A stretch of DNA of 63,619 bases, counting the filler, from Stramenopiles sp. TOSAG23-2 (lineage: Eukaryota): NCBI GenBank assembly GCA_900128395.1. It is 9 parts of 9 records of this genome, joined end to end, with 100 filler letters (N's around TTAATTAATTAA, not from the genome) between each part and the next. Parts side by side here need not be neighbours in the genome. Positions count along the whole stretch, not along the records: positions 43,313 to 51,858 come from LT650191.1; positions 51,959 to 60,492 come from LT650192.1; 7 more parts are not named here. The stretch is one strand, 5' to 3'. Each line of letters starts with the position of its first letter. Within the stretch, counting starts at the first letter, position 1. This document shows, piece by piece, positions 46,995 to 58,298 of this stretch. A model generated the notes under the pieces. The model saw nothing but the letters and a program-made list of their open reading frames with translations. It did no database searches and was not told where the DNA came from. The position numbers and the translations under genes were made by a program.

Positions 46995-49900
46995 TTATCC
47001 ACTTTTGATTACATGAGCAATTTCTTGCCTTATTAATCTATCACTTGGCAAATAACTAGCAACAACAGCTACAACTATCGCCATGCCAAATAGTGAAAAG
47101 AAACTCCCACTAGGAAACGCAAGCTCGAATGGTGCCTCTAAAAATAAATTCATTTGTAAGGATAAAGACGTTGCAATTACTATACCAATTAAAGAACCAA
47201 GAAAAAATGAAGATAATACATTCGCAAGCGCTTCTAATATGTAAGCCTTTTGAACTTGTCTACTAGAAACACCGATTGCTCGCAAAACTGCGAATTCCCT
47301 TGCATTCTCTACAATATTAGCCTCGAAAGACACGAACGATACCAGAAAACACAGCGTCATGCAAATCAAACCGATCAAAGCAAGGACTAAATTAAGCAAT
47401 TCAATCGCACTTTCAGTTTGTTCAATTAAGTCCCGGGTGTCAACCACGAGAATATCCAATAAAACATCGATCCCACCATCAAAGGTTGACTTTATATTAT
47501 TAATAATAATTTCACGATCTTTCAAACTTGTATTCGCCTTTACCTTGATAAGCATTGCCTGCATTCCAATTTTTAAAGATTCATTGCTGCCATAAAGCGA
47601 AGTTCCTAATAATGGGTTGCTATTTTCCGAGGCGATAAGTGTGGCTAAAGGAATCTTAGATTTTTGCGAAAATTTCTGTAAAATTTTCCTCTTCGTATTT
47701 ACAGCCTCATCCAAAAGATATTGCGCATGTTGCATAGGGACAAATAAAGGCCCGTTTGCAAATAGTGCGTATGACGAAAATGCTTCCGTTGGCATTTTTG
47801 ATACTAAAGCTCTTGGCCTTAAAATAATGCTAAATTCCTGGTAACCATACTTATCCGCAACTTGTACCCGCATCCGTGCTCCAGATTTTGTATCAACACT
47901 TGAATATTCTTTCATCGCATAGCTCATGATGCAATCGAGATAATCCGGTGCATTTTCGAGCCTGTCCATGCTTATTTTGTAAAACTGAGTCTGGCTGACT
48001 AAGGTGTCATTATCTTTTCGCTTTTGTACTTCGGAATCTTCCAGCGTAATTTCACCAATTCCATCATATAAATCATGTATAACATTGTCCGGGTTCCCTC
48101 CACTTTTTAACGGCACGCGCTCGCGTTCTACATAAAAGCCTTCATACGCGACATCTAAGAAGTTCCGCTCTATTCCATATACCCCATTCCATCTTCCACC
48201 AGCAACAAATGGAATCGAACCAACTCGCGTCTGGGATATCACGTCGTATTGCCACAAACCGAAAGATTTAAACGTGACCCCTTCGATTAAATCTCCCTGG
48301 ATAGAATTAATGTTCTTCACCGTTTCTTTTAACCTATTTACGGGTAATGGTTTCTGTGTCCCGGCATTAGCATACACGACAATGTCTGAACCTAAGATCC
48401 ATGCAGCATTAAAACGTATTAACTTAGATTGCAATGAAAACATGACTCCAGCAAAGATGATGAAAGATGCTGTAATAGATAGCATGTGCGAAGTCTTTTT
48501 ATTTCTCTTTCGGTGGCTTTTCAAATTTTTCAATATAAGTGGAAATAAGCATCGATCCTCTTTACGACAACCAATAAAGTTAGAGGCGTAAAAATAAATA
48601 CTAAGAAACACGTACTCCACCCTGCTCTGAAGCATTTGCGCCATCAAAGATAAACCAACTAACATCGCAATTAATATTAAGTTCATTAATAATAAGAAAA
48701 TATCTATCCTATTCAATATAAATGACAATGGCATGAAATAAAATGTCACGACGCCAATCACAACCATTACAACAGCTAGGGCTGTAAGTTCTGGGGACAA
48801 TCCTAAGTCGGCTAAACGTTGCAGAGTCACCGTAACTTCACCCGCACTGCTTCTATATAAATCAAGCGCGTCTCGCAAACGAGATGATAAAGCTCTCCTA
48901 ACGGGTACAATGTTTGCAATGATTGGCATTATCAATCCTAATCCAACTGCAAGCAGCCATGATATGCTTGGTAGAATTGGCGAGATAGGCAATTTTACTT
49001 GAGTTTTGAATATGTTCGATATTGCTATATTGACAAGTGACGCAAGGATCAATGCAAAAAATAATGCTGGTATGGCGAATGACATCGCGTTCAATGACAG
49101 CAACCGCGATAGCGTTTGATGCCACATACCTAATGCCCTTAGCATACCGTATTCATAAGTCTTCGATTCAACGTTTCCAAGCAACAATGCATAAACAACC
49201 ATGCACCCTAAAAAGGATAATAAAAGCATAATAACAACAAAAATATTATTTAAAAACAGTTGCAAAAAATAAAACGCTTCCACAGTATCTTTCAATGGGG
49301 TTGTTATAGCATATGGTGTTGGATTTGTTATATCATACTTTCCATTGCCGTTTGTACTGCCTGTTTTGTTTACAAATAGATCTGACAGTTTTGATATGCG
49401 TTTACGCATTAAATCATTTGATTCGCAATATACACCGGTACGATCTGATATTTGTAAATTTGCTTGTAATGCATAATGGTTCAAATCTAAATCTCTTAAG
49501 TTTCTCAATTGCTCTTGTACTTCACTTTGTGCATTCAGTAATTCAATAATACCGTTCGATGAAAGCTCCGCAACTAATCGATCTATTTGCTCAACAAGGA
49601 GTCGTTTTACTTCCGTTATTTCCATGACAAGTACATTGCCTAATGCCCTAGGCCATTTTCCTTCGGGAGTATTTACAACATCAACCACAGTAAATTCGGC
49701 AGTAAACGTGAGCGATTGGCTAACTGTCGGTATTAGCTGCTCAATCAAATCTTTAATTGGTACGTTGAGACCAGTCGGGAAAAACGAGTTGACGATGGTT
49801 GGTAAATTATTTTGAATAAGTACGTTACCAAGCGGTCCAACTGTTGATTGAAACAGCGGATTCGTTTGCAGCAAATTAGAAAAAACATCATTGCTACCAT

Positions 49901-50603
49901 TTATTATTTGATTCCCAGTTAATGTTAAATTGCCTTCTACTGATGTGCCTGTTAACAGCTGCAGGACTTGCGCAAACGATTTCGCATTCACGGTTTGTGT
50001 GTTATAAGTTTCACCGTCAACTTTTAATCCACCTTGTGGTTGTGTGATAAAATTTATTAATTCCAATAAATCAATTCGTAACTCCACACGCTGACCTTTG
50101 TCACCTTCGATACCCAAAAATCTAGCTAATGGGCCAGATACATACGATTCTTGTTTACCCATAGCGCGACCTTTCCAGAACCTTCCCAGGCCGATCCTTT
50201 TCTCTTTATCAGTATCAATGCCTAGAACAGTCACGGTAGTATTTCTAAGGGGTGAACCTAGTTTTGACAATGTTCCTAGAAATGGGACACGCGTAGCAAT
50301 TCCAGCAAGGCCTTCCGTATCTTTTATTTTTTCTTCCATATCACTTACATTCAAAAAGTAAGTAGGGTTCTCTGTTGGGATTACATTTGGAATTAACAAA
50401 AAATCTGCTTCGGAAATTTCATTTTCTGCAGTTTTTAAAAACACAAACCTCACATTTGATATAGTAGCTTGGAAAAATGCTAAAAAAAAAGTAACTAAAA
50501 AAACGGCAATAAATCCAATAAAATATCCTTTCTTATCTTTTTTAATGGATGCAACAACATATTGTTTCAAGAAAACAAATGCATTATCTTTGGAAGATAA
50601 CAT
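46995..50603 (-). CDS. FtsX/MacB-like (ABC3) permease with two internal repeats and no ATPase domain
   Basis: Multiple TM segments with large loops; two FtsX signatures, EYGMLRALGM and REFAVLRAIGVS. Confidence 0.82.
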   Translation of the reverse strand: MLSSKDNAFVFLKQYVVASIKKDKKGYFIGFIAVFLVTFFLAFFQATISNVRFVFLKTAENEISEADFLLIPNVIPTENPTYFLNVSDMEEKIKDTEGLAGIATRVPFLGTLSKLGSPLRNTTVTVLGIDTDKEKRIGLGRFWKGRAMGKQESYVSGPLARFLGIEGDKGQRVELRIDLLELINFITQPQGGLKVDGETYNTQTVNAKSFAQVLQLLTGTSVEGNLTLTGNQIINGSNDVFSNLLQTNPLFQSTVGPLGNVLIQNNLPTIVNSFFPTGLNVPIKDLIEQLIPTVSQSLTFTAEFTVVDVVNTPEGKWPRALGNVLVMEITEVKRLLVEQIDRLVAELSSNGIIELLNAQSEVQEQLRNLRDLDLNHYALQANLQISDRTGVYCESNDLMRKRISKLSDLFVNKTGSTNGNGKYDITNPTPYAITTPLKDTVEAFYFLQLFLNNIFVVIMLLLSFLGCMVVYALLLGNVESKTYEYGMLRALGMWHQTLSRLLSLNAMSFAIPALFFALILASLVNIAISNIFKTQVKLPISPILPSISWLLAVGLGLIMPIIANIVPVRRALSSRLRDALDLYRSSAGEVTVTLQRLADLGLSPELTALAVVMVVIGVVTFYFMPLSFILNRIDIFLLLMNLILIAMLVGLSLMAQMLQSRVEYVFLSIYFYASNFIGCRKEDRCLFPLILKNLKSHRKRNKKTSHMLSITASFIIFAGVMFSLQSKLIRFNAAWILGSDIVVYANAGTQKPLPVNRLKETVKNINSIQGDLIEGVTFKSFGLWQYDVISQTRVGSIPFVAGGRWNGVYGIERNFLDVAYEGFYVERERVPLKSGGNPDNVIHDLYDGIGEITLEDSEVQKRKDNDTLVSQTQFYKISMDRLENAPDYLDCIMSYAMKEYSSVDTKSGARMRVQVADKYGYQEFSIILRPRALVSKMPTEAFSSYALFANGPLFVPMQHAQYLLDEAVNTKRKILQKFSQKSKIPLATLIASENSNPLLGTSLYGSNESLKIGMQAMLIKVKANTSLKDREIIINNIKSTFDGGIDVLLDILVVDTRDLIEQTESAIELLNLVLALIGLICMTLCFLVSFVSFEANIVENAREFAVLRAIGVSSRQVQKAYILEALANVLSSFFLGSLIGIVIATSLSLQMNLFLEAPFELAFPSGSFFSLFGMAIVVAVVASYLPSDRLIRQEIAHVIKSG

Positions 50604-51555
50604 CTGAATATATAATTAGCATAGAACTGTCAAATTATGTGTGTGTGTGTGTGTGTGTGTGTATATTAAATCCCAAATTTATTTTTTCATCGAACAGTAG
50701 ATTAATTAATTCTATACTAACAATAATTTCAATAATAATTCTAATAATAATTCTAATAATAGCAATAATAATAATAAAAAATAAAATATTTTTTATATTA
50801 TTTTTTATTACAACAGGTGTACATTATTGTTGTGCTATTCAGGTTCTGTAAATAATTAGGACACTTTCCTTAAATGAAAAATGTAAAATTTTAAAATTTT
50901 TTAATAAGGGTTGGGAATTTTGGTGTTCGTACTGTAAATTGGATTACTATGTATTGTATGATAGGAAATTGCACTTGTTACAGTACAAATATTTATGTGA
51001 TATAATTTATAATGTAAATATCATTATAAATCCTGTTAATGCTATCCTGTGGTAAGGATTTTTTAAGGTGATGTTTTTTTCAGCTACAATAAATTGTATA
51101 ATAATAATACATCAATATATACTTATTTCTAAATTCATCAACCCTATGTAACCGGATACTGATTTTTTGGCTATAAATCAAAATCGCCATCATAATTTTT
51201 ATGTCCAGAAAATGAATGAATGTCGAACCAGTTGCCTATGGGAGTACAGTAGAGCTAGCTAGAGCTAGCTCTAGTCCCCCTGGTTTAGCTAGAGCTACAT
51301 AGTAGCTTAGCTCTAGCTAGTTCAGGTGTAGCGGTGGATAGCTAATATCCAGCTATCAAATCAACCAAAAAAAAAACTAAAACAAAATCAATAATAGTCT
51401 AGCAACCAATAATAGATTTTCAATAATAATAATATAGTATTTCCAACAACAAGAAATAATATTGAAGACGCCACCATTGCAAAATATAGTATTATTACAT
51501 ACATTGACAAGAGTTTCTGTAAGAACAACGTATATATTTTGACAGAGAAACAAAA

Positions 51556-51858
51556 ATGAGTCAGCATGATATATTAAGATTGCTAGAGAAAACTTCACAT
51601 TTTGATAAAGATGAAAGATAGTAAGTACAAAAATAATAATAATAATAATGGTCAAATTATCGTTTATTAGACTAAGAATAAACACAATAATAATTTGCTA
51701 ACAATAACACTATTATATTTACTTTTTACGAATCTTTAAAGTATGGCAACAAGTGATTTGATATCCATTTTAAAGAAGGAGAATAAAATGGATGCTACTT
51801 TGGAAAATCGTGTTTGCACTGCAGTATTGAAACAGCTTGATGACACAAGTGCAGATGC
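51556..51858 (+). CDS. CAND1: CAND1 N-terminus (exon 51556-51620, intron 51621-51741, exon 51742 onward); 3'-partial
   Basis: Spliced translation MSQHDILRLLEKTSHFDKDERY|MATSDL..MDATLENRVCTAVLKQLDDTSAD matches the CAND1 start (LLEK..DKD.R.MAT.DL). GTAAGT donor, TGCTAAC branch, AAG acceptor. Confidence 0.88.
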
Positions 51859-52226
51859 NNNNNNNNNNNNNNNNNNNNNNNNNNNNNNNNNNNNNNNNNN
51901 NNTTAATTAATTAANNNNNNNNNNNNNNNNNNNNNNNNNNNNNNNNNNNNNNNNNNNNATATTATACTATATACAATATAGTTCAGAAGGATATATCTGT
52001 AGCGTTTCTGTTGCATCAGTAGCTCCTTTCTAGTTATACAGTATATATCATAGTAAATGATCACATACTGTATGGAGTGTCAGAGTTAGAGTGATATATG
52101 TGCATATCTTTCATACTTCTTTTTTTTTTTAGGTGCGTATACGTAGGCTGGTATGGTAGGCCAGTGTGGTAGGCTTGCCCTATATCTACTCAGGAAACCC
52201 CGCTACTGTATGCTATTCGCATTATA

Positions 52227-52496
52227 CGGTGCTACCCTCTAAATGTCGTGTCAAAAATGTACAAACCGTGTCAAAAATGTATACACTTAACAAAATAACA
52301 AAATAACACTATTCACTATGGGAAATAGGTATATATCGTTTTCTAAAATGCCAATTTTATTTTTCATATATTTGGAAAAAAATAGCAAATATCCGAAAAT
52401 ATATAAAAAATGATGAATATTTCCCCCATAGTGAATAGTGTTAAGTATACATTGTTGACACGGTTTGTACATTTTTGACACGGTTTCCTAGCACTG
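52227..52496. mobile_element. MITE-like element, copy 1
   Basis: Ends C(G/A)GTGCTA..TAGCACTG; long internal inverted arms (CCGTGTCAAAAATGTAC, AACACTATTCACTATGGG); homologous in reverse orientation to 61076-61295. Confidence 0.75.
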
Positions 52497-52810
52497 CATA
52501 CCACCACCATGGTAGTTTAATTGTGATCCTCTCTCTGGTGTGGTAGAGAGAAGCATGAGATATTTTCCTCCACCAGTACAATACCATAGAGAGAAGCACA
52601 TAACATGAGATATTATTTTCCTCAAATTGCTCAAAGTTAATTAAGCTCCATTCAATCCCTTCAATTTACATCATGCACTCATCTATTAATATACAAAAGT
52701 ACTATGATACGGACCGCAATAATTTTATTATAAGAATATTATTATTTTAAATAGTTTATTGGAGAGAGAGAGAGAGAGTATATTGTAATATCAAAAGATA
52801 GGATTGAAAG

Positions 52811-55336
52811 ATGAGATTTGGATATAATTTTTCGAATTTATGTGGTACTGTATATCAATGTGGAAATATATTATTTACACCATCTGGTAATGAAATCATA
52901 TCTGCAGTTGGTAGTCGAGTGACGGTTTTTAACATTGTAAAACATACCTCTGTTACGTTGCCGTTTGAATCACGTGCAGTGATAAAACGTATGGCAATGA
53001 CACCAAACGGACGATTGCTGTTAACGATAGATGAGGATGGACATTCTTTATGTGTTGATTTTGCACATCGAACTGTTTTATATAGATTTAATTTTAAAAA
53101 AACACCAGAAGCAGTCGAGTTTTCTCCAAATGGTAAATATTTTGCTATTACACTAGGTAAAAAAATACAAATTTGGTTTACTCCAGGTAAGGATCGTGTT
53201 TTTGCACCATATGTATTACACCAAACCTTTACTGGACATCATGATAATGTACTATCACTCAATTGGTCACCAGATTCAACACGTCTTGTAACTGGTTCAG
53301 CGGATTTAAGTGTAAAAGTATATATGATACGTCCACCACCAAAACATCCAAGTAAAAATATACTTTTAATACAAGATGATCGTAGTAGTAGTAGTAGTAA
53401 TAATAACAATAGTAATAATGTAAACAATGATCAAGAGTATAATAATAATAATAATTTATATTCCACCACATTAGCTGGACATCGTGGACAAGTTGTAGCA
53501 TGTTTTTTCACATCCTCTGGACGTGGTATTACTTCCGTAGCAAGTGATGGAGCTGTATTTGAATGGATAGAGGAAAGTCAAGAAATAATAAAGCGTTTAC
53601 CATCAATTGATGGCATGGAAGTAGATGCAGATGCAGATGATGATGATGGAAATAATTTTGATGTTTTGACACGATGGAAATTAGATGAAAAACATTACAT
53701 ACAACAGGACCATGCAAAAATTACAAGTGCAAATATGGTCAATGCTAAAAATTTATTATTAGTTGGTTTTTCAAGTGGCGTATTTGGTTTATATGAAATG
53801 CCTGGTGTAACTAATATTTATACATTGAGTATTTCCCAACATAAAATTAATACAGTAGCAATCAGTCCAACATCGGATTGGTTAGCATTTGGTGCAAAAG
53901 ATTTAGGACAATTATTAGTATGGGAATGGCAATCCGAAACATATGTATTGAAACAACAAGGACATTACTATAACGTAAATTGTGTAGCATTTAGTCCAGA
54001 TGGGCAATTAGTTGCTACTGGTGGAGATGATGCTAAAGTAAAAGTATGGAATACAAGTAGTGGTTTTTGCTTTGTAACTTTCAATGAACATAAAGCTCCA
54101 GTAAAAGCAATGGAATTTGCTTGTGGGGAAACGGGTAGTGCAATTATAACGGCATCCTTAGATGGCACCGTTCGTGCCTTTGATTTAGCACGCTATAGGA
54201 ACTTTCGTACAATGAGGCCCCCAGAACCGTGCCAATTGTTATCATTAGCAATTGATGGTGGGGGTGAAGTTGTATGCGCTGGTGCTATGGAACCATATGA
54301 AATATATACATGGTCTTTACGAACTGGAAAATTATTAGATGTATTGACAGGTCATAATGGGCCTGTATGTTCATTGGCATTCAGTCCATTGCAACCAATC
54401 TTAGCATCTTCCTCATGGGACAAAAGTGTACGTGTATGGGAGCCATATAAAAGTACAACGCCAATAGAAACATTTCCACATCGCTCGGAAGTATTAGCAG
54501 TTAGCTTTCGACCAGATGCAAAAGAATTATGTTCAACAACATTAGATGGAACCATTTGTATGTGGGATGTTGAAAATGGGACACCAACTGGAACGATTGA
54601 TGCAAGGAGAGACGTTAGGAATCCTACTTCATTATGTTATTCCGCAGATGGAACGTGCATATTAGTTAGTTCTGGTCAAAATTCCAATGTTTGTATTTAT
54701 TCCATAGAACAAAAAGTATTAATTAAACGATATACGATGACACATCGCAAAAATGCAACAATGCGGTCACAAAGTGTACGATTTTCGCCAACAGGGCATT
54801 CATGGGCAGCTGCTACATCGGAAGGATTGATGGTTTACTCGTTAAATGAACAGCCATTTACGCCAGTTGCATTATCAGAAGCTGCTACTCCACAACGTGT
54901 AAGATCATTGCTTAATAAAAAAAAATATGGCCAAGCACTGGTGCTTAGTATGCATTTAAATGATTCCATTATTGTTCGTGAAGCATTTGAAGCGGTTCCT
55001 GTTGAAAATATTCAAGTTGTTGCAAAATCTATACCAGCTGGATTTTTACAACGATTATTAGATTTAATTAGTGTTGCCTTAGCAGATACGCCGCATATAG
55101 AATTTTATTTGAACTGGATCAATACATTAATGAACGGGAATATTGTAACTGTACAGACACCACAATTTATGCGCACTCTACGTGGTTTAAAACGTGCGGT
55201 GAATAGCCACCAAAATGATTTGAAGGAAGTTTGCGATGAAAATCAATATATGATGTCATATGCAATGTCATTAAGCACATTGGTAGTGGGGGAGGATGAT
55301 AGTAGTAGTAGTAGTAGTAGGGTGCAAACGAAGTGA
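52811..55336 (+). CDS. PWP2: Periodic tryptophan protein 2 (PWP2/UTP1), SSU processome WD40 protein
   Basis: FSNLCGTVYQCGN start; LGQLLVWEWQSETYVLKQQGH; RAFDLARYRNFRT; Utp12-like C-terminus HIEFYLNW. Confidence 0.96.
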   Translation: MRFGYNFSNLCGTVYQCGNILFTPSGNEIISAVGSRVTVFNIVKHTSVTLPFESRAVIKRMAMTPNGRLLLTIDEDGHSLCVDFAHRTVLYRFNFKKTPEAVEFSPNGKYFAITLGKKIQIWFTPGKDRVFAPYVLHQTFTGHHDNVLSLNWSPDSTRLVTGSADLSVKVYMIRPPPKHPSKNILLIQDDRSSSSSNNNNSNNVNNDQEYNNNNNLYSTTLAGHRGQVVACFFTSSGRGITSVASDGAVFEWIEESQEIIKRLPSIDGMEVDADADDDDGNNFDVLTRWKLDEKHYIQQDHAKITSANMVNAKNLLLVGFSSGVFGLYEMPGVTNIYTLSISQHKINTVAISPTSDWLAFGAKDLGQLLVWEWQSETYVLKQQGHYYNVNCVAFSPDGQLVATGGDDAKVKVWNTSSGFCFVTFNEHKAPVKAMEFACGETGSAIITASLDGTVRAFDLARYRNFRTMRPPEPCQLLSLAIDGGGEVVCAGAMEPYEIYTWSLRTGKLLDVLTGHNGPVCSLAFSPLQPILASSSWDKSVRVWEPYKSTTPIETFPHRSEVLAVSFRPDAKELCSTTLDGTICMWDVENGTPTGTIDARRDVRNPTSLCYSADGTCILVSSGQNSNVCIYSIEQKVLIKRYTMTHRKNATMRSQSVRFSPTGHSWAAATSEGLMVYSLNEQPFTPVALSEAATPQRVRSLLNKKKYGQALVLSMHLNDSIIVREAFEAVPVENIQVVAKSIPAGFLQRLLDLISVALADTPHIEFYLNWINTLMNGNIVTVQTPQFMRTLRGLKRAVNSHQNDLKEVCDENQYMMSYAMSLSTLVVGEDDSSSSSSRVQTK

Positions 55337-55470
55337 AGGGCAGTTGTGAGAGAGTGGTGGAAGCATATGCGAAACGTACGAAAAGTAATATATAATCCAT
55401 CTCGTGTACATGTTTACAACTTATATTTATATTATCCACATCAGTTTTTTTCTTCTTTTTTTAATTATTC

Positions 55471-56133
55471 TCACTTTTGTTTTCCAATACTACCACCTGG
55501 ATGATTATATAAAAAATCTGATTTTACAAAGCCTTTCAATTCAACAATATTAGACGCAAGGGCATTTATTAAAACTTCTTGTGAAATGATACTTCGTGAA
55601 GGTATTTTGTCTAAAATTTCATTTGTGATTGGTGCAAGTATATGTTCATCGGATAATTTAGTTAAGGGAGAATCTTCAATTCCAACCATAGAACAAAAAA
55701 TACCACCACGTTCTTTGACAAGTGGTGCTAATTCCAACAATTCAAACGTTCCACCAGAATGCGTTATACCAAAAATTAAATCATTTTCTCTAATTGAACC
55801 TAAATCACCATGATACCATTCTGTTCCATGAATAAATTGAGACCCAATACCAATTGATGCAAACGTTGCAGACATTCTTTGCCCAACATATCCACTTTTT
55901 CCAATACCTGTTACTTTTACACTAGGGGCGTTGACAATTAAATTTGCCACTTTTTCTACGCTGTTTTGCAATTGTGGATTTTCTTTGTATATACTTGTTA
56001 ATTGTTGTAGAGATATTAAATCTGCTTCTATTGAATTTAATGTATGAATAAATTGTATTTTTTTTTTGTTATTATTATTACTTGACAATTTATTTACAAG
56101 ATATCGACTAGAATAACAAATATGGTTTAACAT
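55471..56133 (-). CDS. KdsD/KpsF/GutQ-like SIS-domain sugar-phosphate isomerase lacking CBS domains
   Basis: VTGIGKSGYVG, FIHGTEWYHGDLG, THSGGTFEL, DFLYNHPGGSIGK then stop. Confidence 0.85.
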   Translation of the reverse strand: MLNHICYSSRYLVNKLSSNNNNKKKIQFIHTLNSIEADLISLQQLTSIYKENPQLQNSVEKVANLIVNAPSVKVTGIGKSGYVGQRMSATFASIGIGSQFIHGTEWYHGDLGSIRENDLIFGITHSGGTFELLELAPLVKERGGIFCSMVGIEDSPLTKLSDEHILAPITNEILDKIPSRSIISQEVLINALASNIVELKGFVKSDFLYNHPGGSIGKQK

Positions 56134-56423
56134 TTTCTTGTTCCTTTCATAAAATAGATATTTTTAAATGAATGAATTTGACCAATTTACGTAAATAATT
56201 CAATAAACTGTTATGTTGTATATGTAATTATGATCTGTATAACTTTTTATATATATTTATATTATATTGTGTCTGATATGTGCATCCATATTATAATTAT
56301 AATAAAATTCTATGTATTATATATTATATCTATATACCGACCCGGTACAATTGAAATTCAATTTATTGGAAAGAAAAAAAAGAAGCAACATAAGATGAAA
56401 AATGTAAAAAACAATAATATAAT

Positions 56424-58184
56424 ATGTTTTTAGCGCAAATCAAACAAGCAAAAGCAAAGAAAAAGAAAAAGAAGCAACGCAAGTTGCATTTGTCGGCAGC
56501 GCAACAATTAGTCGCTTCGCAAGAAGCAGATGGGCATTTTGATGCTTTCAAATTAAGTTTTAAAATGGCTCGTGTATGGGAAAAACTTGGAATTCCATCA
56601 ACATCCATGCCAAGTGGTATCAACACTAAAAATGAAAATGATAATACTCATTTATATTCTGCACCTGCTACTGGAGAACTTTCAATCGATATGTTAGATG
56701 CTACGGTGTTTGTACTTCGTCTCTTTGAGCTTTATGTAGAAAAATCAGGATATAATACGAGTTCCGAGCAACAAGAGAAAATTATAAAATGGTTTGGTAG
56801 TGGTGGAATACTTGGTGATAATTGGTATGCTAAAGCGGAAGGTTGGTTAACATCCAAACGGGTGGATTGGAAAGTGGCACGTTCAAACGCTATTGAAAAT
56901 GTTGTGGAGAAATGGTTTGATACGGAAGCAAAATGTAAACATAAAGGGACTTTTGTAGATAAAAAACAACTGCAGGCAAAACAGGAGGAAATTGGCAAAA
57001 AATTTGCAGCATCACAAATTGAGTCATTGCGACGTGATGAAAAGTGGATCCATTGTACATCTGCTGATATTTATTCAATAGAATGGAAAAACGCCGTTGC
57101 TGTTGGATGGTGTATGGGTGGTGAAGGTGGTGCTTACCCTGTACGATTTGGAGAAAATGAAAAACTTATAGTAAAAAGATGCAATGATGTTGGTGATGTG
57201 ATTGCTGAGGAACTTGCAAAGATGGTTGGCGGAATATGTTCTGCCCCACTTCGATTTATTGCGCAGGCATCGAGCGAATACATTGAAGTTCAGGAAGCAC
57301 TTATAAATGCAGAACCAGATGAGCCAGAGATTAAAAAAAGATTGAAAAGAATACTTAGTAATATGCAGGAGACCGGCTATCCACTTATGGTAATGGAATT
57401 CATTCATGGTGAACCACTTACTGGATATAAAGGTAGTCAAATACTCCAAAATGTTGATGGTAGCATGAAAGAGGAAAATCGCGAAGAATTGATAAAGTCA
57501 ATAGGGCGTACAATTGCATTTGACTGTTTAATAAATAACTGGGATCGGTTTCCTTCCTTATTAGGATGGCCACGAAAAGGAAATCTTGAAAATATTTTGG
57601 TTTCTCCACAAAGCAACCTAAATAACGATCTGAAGAAAGATAATAATAATAACAATAATAGCAATTATAAGCATAAGCTAGTATTTATTGACCAAGCTGT
57701 AAAGTTACTGACAATTGCGAAAGATCAAGTAGAATACTTTGATGCATTGCGTAGTTTCGTAAAAGAAGTGGCATTTGCATATGGATCTTATAAGGAGGGT
57801 ATCGATGTAGTAGTTACTGGTGGTGGTGGAATGGAACGAATTAAAAAAGCCATCCGTGGCCAAGTATTGATTTGGACAGGTGACAAAACTAAGGATGCAG
57901 AGATTTATAAACGATATATGGTAAAGCCGGACAGTGTTTCCGGTGTAGAATTGGATGATATTGCAATTGGCTACATTATTGATGGAATCTCGGAGGTATT
58001 TTGTCATGCTAAAACACTACATACAAAATTCACTAGAAAGAGAAATGAACTATCTACTTTTTGTTATGAACTTTTTTTGAATGTCAATAATATAGAACAA
58101 GATACAAAACTTACAGATCGAATAGAAGCATGTTTAGATTTTATTGATAAATGTATTGAAATTGTTGAAGTAGAATTTGTTTAA
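56424..58184 (+). CDS. Atypical protein kinase, actin-fragmin kinase / PI3K-like catalytic domain
   Basis: GGEGGAY loop, IVK lysine, VMEFIHG hinge, FDCLINNWDRFP..GNLENIL, FIDQ. Confidence 0.75.
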   Translation: MFLAQIKQAKAKKKKKKQRKLHLSAAQQLVASQEADGHFDAFKLSFKMARVWEKLGIPSTSMPSGINTKNENDNTHLYSAPATGELSIDMLDATVFVLRLFELYVEKSGYNTSSEQQEKIIKWFGSGGILGDNWYAKAEGWLTSKRVDWKVARSNAIENVVEKWFDTEAKCKHKGTFVDKKQLQAKQEEIGKKFAASQIESLRRDEKWIHCTSADIYSIEWKNAVAVGWCMGGEGGAYPVRFGENEKLIVKRCNDVGDVIAEELAKMVGGICSAPLRFIAQASSEYIEVQEALINAEPDEPEIKKRLKRILSNMQETGYPLMVMEFIHGEPLTGYKGSQILQNVDGSMKEENREELIKSIGRTIAFDCLINNWDRFPSLLGWPRKGNLENILVSPQSNLNNDLKKDNNNNNNSNYKHKLVFIDQAVKLLTIAKDQVEYFDALRSFVKEVAFAYGSYKEGIDVVVTGGGGMERIKKAIRGQVLIWTGDKTKDAEIYKRYMVKPDSVSGVELDDIAIGYIIDGISEVFCHAKTLHTKFTRKRNELSTFCYELFLNVNNIEQDTKLTDRIEACLDFIDKCIEIVEVEFV

Positions 58185-58298
58185 TGTAATATATATGTAT
58201 AGAAAAGCGTAGCACCTGAAACTATCATTAAAAAAATACAATACGAAGTATAATTAATCTAAACCCACAGACCCGCAGTCCAGGCAGTCCACAAGAAA

